A stretch of DNA of 63,954 bases, filler included, from Candidatus Babelota bacterium (GTDB lineage Bacteria > JAGOBX01), in NCBI GenBank assembly GCA_017999075.1. It is 8 parts of 8 records of this genome, joined end to end, with 100 filler letters (N's around TTAATTAATTAA, not from the genome) between each part and the next. Parts side by side here need not be neighbours in the genome. Positions count along the whole stretch, not along the records: positions 57,891 to 63,954 come from JAGOBX010000236.1; 7 more parts are not named here. One strand, 5' to 3'. The position numbers were made by a program, and so were the translations under genes. Below, piece after piece: positions 62,701 to 63,954 of this stretch. Below the pieces are notes generated by a model. That model was not told where the DNA came from. It did no database searches and saw only the letters and a list, made by a program, of their open reading frames with translations. How positions within the stretch are numbered: the first letter of the stretch is position 1; every line of letters begins with the position of its first letter.

Positions 62701-63194
62701 ATATAAATGTCTACAGTGAGCCAGACAAGGGTACAACTTTCAGAATTTATCTCCCAATTACAAATCAAAAAAAATCTGAAATTGAAGAAAATAAAATTAA
62801 TGATTATCCTCAAATGGGTACTGAAACAATACTTCTTGCTGAAGACGATCCTTTTGTCAGTCAATTTATCGAAACAATTTTAAAAAAATTCGGATATAAA
62901 ATTATACTCGCGCAAAACGGCGATGATGCAATAAATAAATTCAGGGAAAATACTGATAAAATACAATTTATTATTATGGATATGGTGATGCCTGAAAAAA
63001 GCGGAAAAGACGCTTATTCTGAAATCTGTAATCTTAAACCTGATATAAAAATTCTTTTTATAAGCGGTTACAGCAATGATTTACTTGCAAACAAAGGATT
63101 GTTTGAAAATAATTATGAGATACTTGTAAAACCGTTTCAACCTTTAGAACTGATAAAAAAAATCAGAAAAATTCTTGATTCAGTAAATAAATAA
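59724..63194 (+). CDS. Hybrid sensor histidine kinase (2 TM, multiple PAS, Cys-rich GAF, HisKA, HATPase, REC)
   Basis: 'QKMEAIGQLAGGIAHDFNN', 'NARDAM', 'FFTTKEVGKGTGLGL' and a C-terminal REC; GAGGAGG RBS. Confidence 0.94.
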   Translation: MKYSIIKSPRINAVKIAGVYIFISALWIYFSDNILRLLYNTASVVVDISIYKGLTFIIITGALLYFLVIKFLSKIKQNEQNFSVAFHSSPSLIIISSINNNQFVEVNKSFENQIGYTREEIIGCNVDGLNLLENPEEWNELKNLLLSEKKYRDKETKIKTKSGEHLFVLASAELIDFAGKKCIMIVAEDITERKNAEDKLKATVELLRICNKSENLTELIKSLTVYFQQYTSCTSIGVRLRKGNDFPYYETIGFSEEFILAENNLCAKDQKNELIRDYIGHPALDCMCGNILCKRFDPSKPFFSQRGSFWSGCTSELLANTTEADRQSKTRNRCNGEGYESVALIPLRVKDETFGLFQFNDKRKGLFTEKKISFYEDLIDYVAIAVANLKKDDEIQESNRFNQQIINSANEGIIVYDNNLNYTVWNPYMERLTGLTSDKVIGKHPLTLFPFIKETPLLKNLYLALDGKTLETLTFQFYLIHNQKKGWVTDTSAPLLNNDGKIIGIISVVRDITSEKFAKDALYNSEKKYHSLFENMLEGFALCKMIYDYNNNPVDFIYLDTNNSFSKLTGLKDVIGKKVTDIIPQIKHLTPELFDIYGRVSTTGNPEKFEIDFKPLSIWLSISVYSPEKGYFIAVFDNITERKQIQQELISANQRLKLATSSLNLGIWDWDIKNNVLLWDDRMYEIYGISKITSKPNFEIWKNSIITDDRETALDITKKAIESQYEYDTEFRIQLPDGNIKNIKANAIIIRDDDGTASRMIGLNQDITDLKHLEEQLRQSQKMEAIGQLAGGIAHDFNNILSIIYGNCVLMQMELENNKFKDIIDSILTASKRAANLTGSLLAFSRKQIIKPKIVNLNEIILNFTKMITRIIGEDIKLKTIFNVDPLNVFADTGQIEQVLINMSTNARDAMQNAGILIIETELKEIDKNFNHSLDDYQPGKYAVISISDTGKGIDKELQKKIFDPFFTTKEVGKGTGLGLSIVYGVIKQHKGYINVYSEPDKGTTFRIYLPITNQKKSEIEENKINDYPQMGTETILLAEDDPFVSQFIETILKKFGYKIILAQNGDDAINKFRENTDKIQFIIMDMVMPEKSGKDAYSEICNLKPDIKILFISGYSNDLLANKGLFENNYEILVKPFQPLELIKKIRKILDSVNK

Positions 63195-63259
63195 ATTCTT
63201 CTAATGCAAATCAGGAAGGGGCATTTTTAAAAATAAAATATTTTTTTCATTACCTCATT

Positions 63260-63954
63260 TTATTCGCCAGATTTATTAATTTTTTTAGAACATTTAAAAA
63301 GAAGTTCATCTATATTCTCGTATCCTGGAGAAAGATTCTTGACTTTCATAAAATTTTCCGATGCTTCATTATATTTTCCCGTTTGATAATAATAAGCTCC
63401 ACGAATAAAATACTGTGGAGGAAAATTCTTATCAAATGAATTGAGTATCTGCAATGTTTTTTCCATTTCAGAATATTTATTATTATGTAAATAATAAACT
63501 GCAAGGTTTGAAATGGAATTGCAATAACTCTCAAAAATATTTTTTAACCTCAAATCAGTATGGTTTTCTATCGGCATACCAAATTTATATTTATCAAATC
63601 CTGATATTTTATATTTACTCCAGAAACTAAAATCATATATCAATTCCTGTTTTATGCCTTTTTCAGACAAAACCCCTATTATTCCGCAAGGAGTATAATC
63701 ATAATATTGAATAATTCCCTCTTTTGAAAAAATACTGGTGATTCTTTTATTTTTAATATTTGCATCAATAACGCGTTTGGTCATTTCATTCCCTGAATTA
63801 TTTTGATATCCCGGCATATTAAGATTTTTATATCTTTTTTTTAATTGGGCATAATACCATTCATACCTGTCAAAATTCAAGGCTATTCCTATTAAATCCT
63901 TTCTCATTTTATTGACAATCTGCATATATTGAAAAGAACCTATCAAATCATCAC
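63260..63954 (-). CDS. DUF2723/TMEM260-like membrane glycosyltransferase, C-terminal soluble/TPR part (5' truncated)
   Basis: Frame is open to the window end: '(G)DDLIGSFQYMQIVNKMRKDL'; TPR-like 'RGAYYYQTGKYNEASENFMKV'. Confidence 0.55.
   Translation of the reverse strand, partial: DDLIGSFQYMQIVNKMRKDLIGIALNFDRYEWYYAQLKKRYKNLNMPGYQNNSGNEMTKRVIDANIKNKRITSIFSKEGIIQYYDYTPCGIIGVLSEKGIKQELIYDFSFWSKYKISGFDKYKFGMPIENHTDLRLKNIFESYCNSISNLAVYYLHNNKYSEMEKTLQILNSFDKNFPPQYFIRGAYYYQTGKYNEASENFMKVKNLSPGYENIDELLFKCSKKINKSGE

Noticed and set aside
1-63954. CRISPR arrays, tRNA/rRNA genes, transposases, prophage genes, alternative genetic code
   Set aside because: No repeat-spacer arrays, cloverleaf or rRNA-like GC-rich tracts, or transposase/integrase motifs were seen by eye. 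Conserved genes translate full-length with the standard code.

Overview
Low-GC (roughly 28% by eye) bacterial DNA. It is not one locus: it is 8 contigs of about 8 kb joined by 100-nt artificial linkers (N44-TTAATTAATTAA-N44) at 8269, 16600, 24895, 33175, 41412, 49645 and 57791. Contig lengths fall steadily (8231, 8195, 8180, 8137, 8133, 8046 bp), as in a length-sorted draft or metagenome-assembled genome, so gene order across linkers is meaningless. The organism looks diderm (Omp85-type barrel, GT9 heptosyltransferase-like enzyme, MltA, DUF748/AsmA) and chemotactic (2 MCPs). Housekeeping genes include secD, secF (partial), secG, tpiA, pgk (partial), rplU-prp-rpmA, murA, argS, tsaC (partial) and ricT. 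There is also an ABC-export surface-polysaccharide cluster and several signalling proteins. I saw no rRNA, tRNA, CRISPR array or transposase. The best candidate for an undescribed system is a tightly coupled, terminator-bounded operon at 54071-57790. It encodes a multi-OB-fold protein, an archaeal-type stand-alone TctA/DUF112 membrane protein and an enlarged YdjM-like membrane hydrolase, and may be a non-ComEC nucleic-acid uptake module; a tandem-TRAM lipoprotein lies nearby. Other oddities are a Prp protease beside an L27 that lacks the extension Prp normally cleaves, an HtpX homologue whose HExxH motif reads QQFTH, an ArgRS with a His-less HIGH motif, and a FecR/Ig-NTF2/LptE-like-barrel envelope operon. 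All family calls come from motif recognition by eye, not from database searches.
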